This document shows, one piece after another, positions 63,749 through 64,000 of a stretch of 64,000 bases of DNA. The notes below the pieces were generated by a model. The model was not told the DNA's origin and did not search any database. It saw only the letters and a list, made by a program, of their open reading frames with translations. Every line of letters starts with the position of its first letter. Positions within the stretch are counted from its first letter, which is position 1. The stretch comes from Octopus vulgaris (taxonomy: Eukaryota): NCBI GenBank assembly GCA_951406725.2, contig OX597823.1, forward strand, positions 5,890,001 to 5,954,000, given 5' to 3'. The translations under genes and the position numbers were made by a program.

Positions 63749-64000
63749 ATATATAGGTTATGTTTAAAATAAAAATTTAGATAGGAGACTTTAAATTGTA
63801 ATATCTAAATCTTCCTTTGGGTATGTTCCTGGTGTGCCTTGAGAGCAAGTTCACCACATGTGGCTACCAAGCATCACCCACGGTACTGCACTTTAGTCAC
63901 AGGATCCACACAAGGAATTCCTCGGTGCATGTTTAGTATATATTAAATAATTGATAGGGAAGACAAAGTACTGTAAGTTTTATTTAGGCACAGGAGTGGC

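Overview
AT-rich, microsatellite- and SINE-dense animal genomic DNA. The repeat families and composition look like a coleoid cephalopod, most likely Octopus (inference). The window holds the 3' ends of two convergent multi-exon genes, assembled by hand from GT-AG junctions with consistent intron phases. On +, an Erbin/Densin-180 (LAP-family) gene has 9 exons from 654 to 21953, running from the LAP-specific region to a C-terminal PDZ domain. On -, an integrin alpha subunit has 13 exons from 62962 to 44881, covering thigh/calf domains, a furin site, the TM helix and the GFFKR tail. Both 5' ends lie outside the window. Repeats include a 45-bp x ~65 intronic minisatellite, a full-length decayed Chapaev3/CMC-type DNA transposon with TIRs and a TAT target-site duplication, piggyBac and hAT derivatives, RTE LINE fragments and many tRNA-derived SINEs. 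The most notable signal is a set of at least four sequence-distinct families of short non-coding inserts carrying minimal type I hammerhead-ribozyme motifs of the Penelope-like-element/retrozyme kind. Many are inverted-duplicated and sit in (TA)n tracts. They include a tRNA-headed SINE fused to a hammerhead, and a direct-repeat pair with a variant core (CUGUUGA/CUGUCGA) bracketing a coding exon. No ribozyme activity can be shown from sequence alone.
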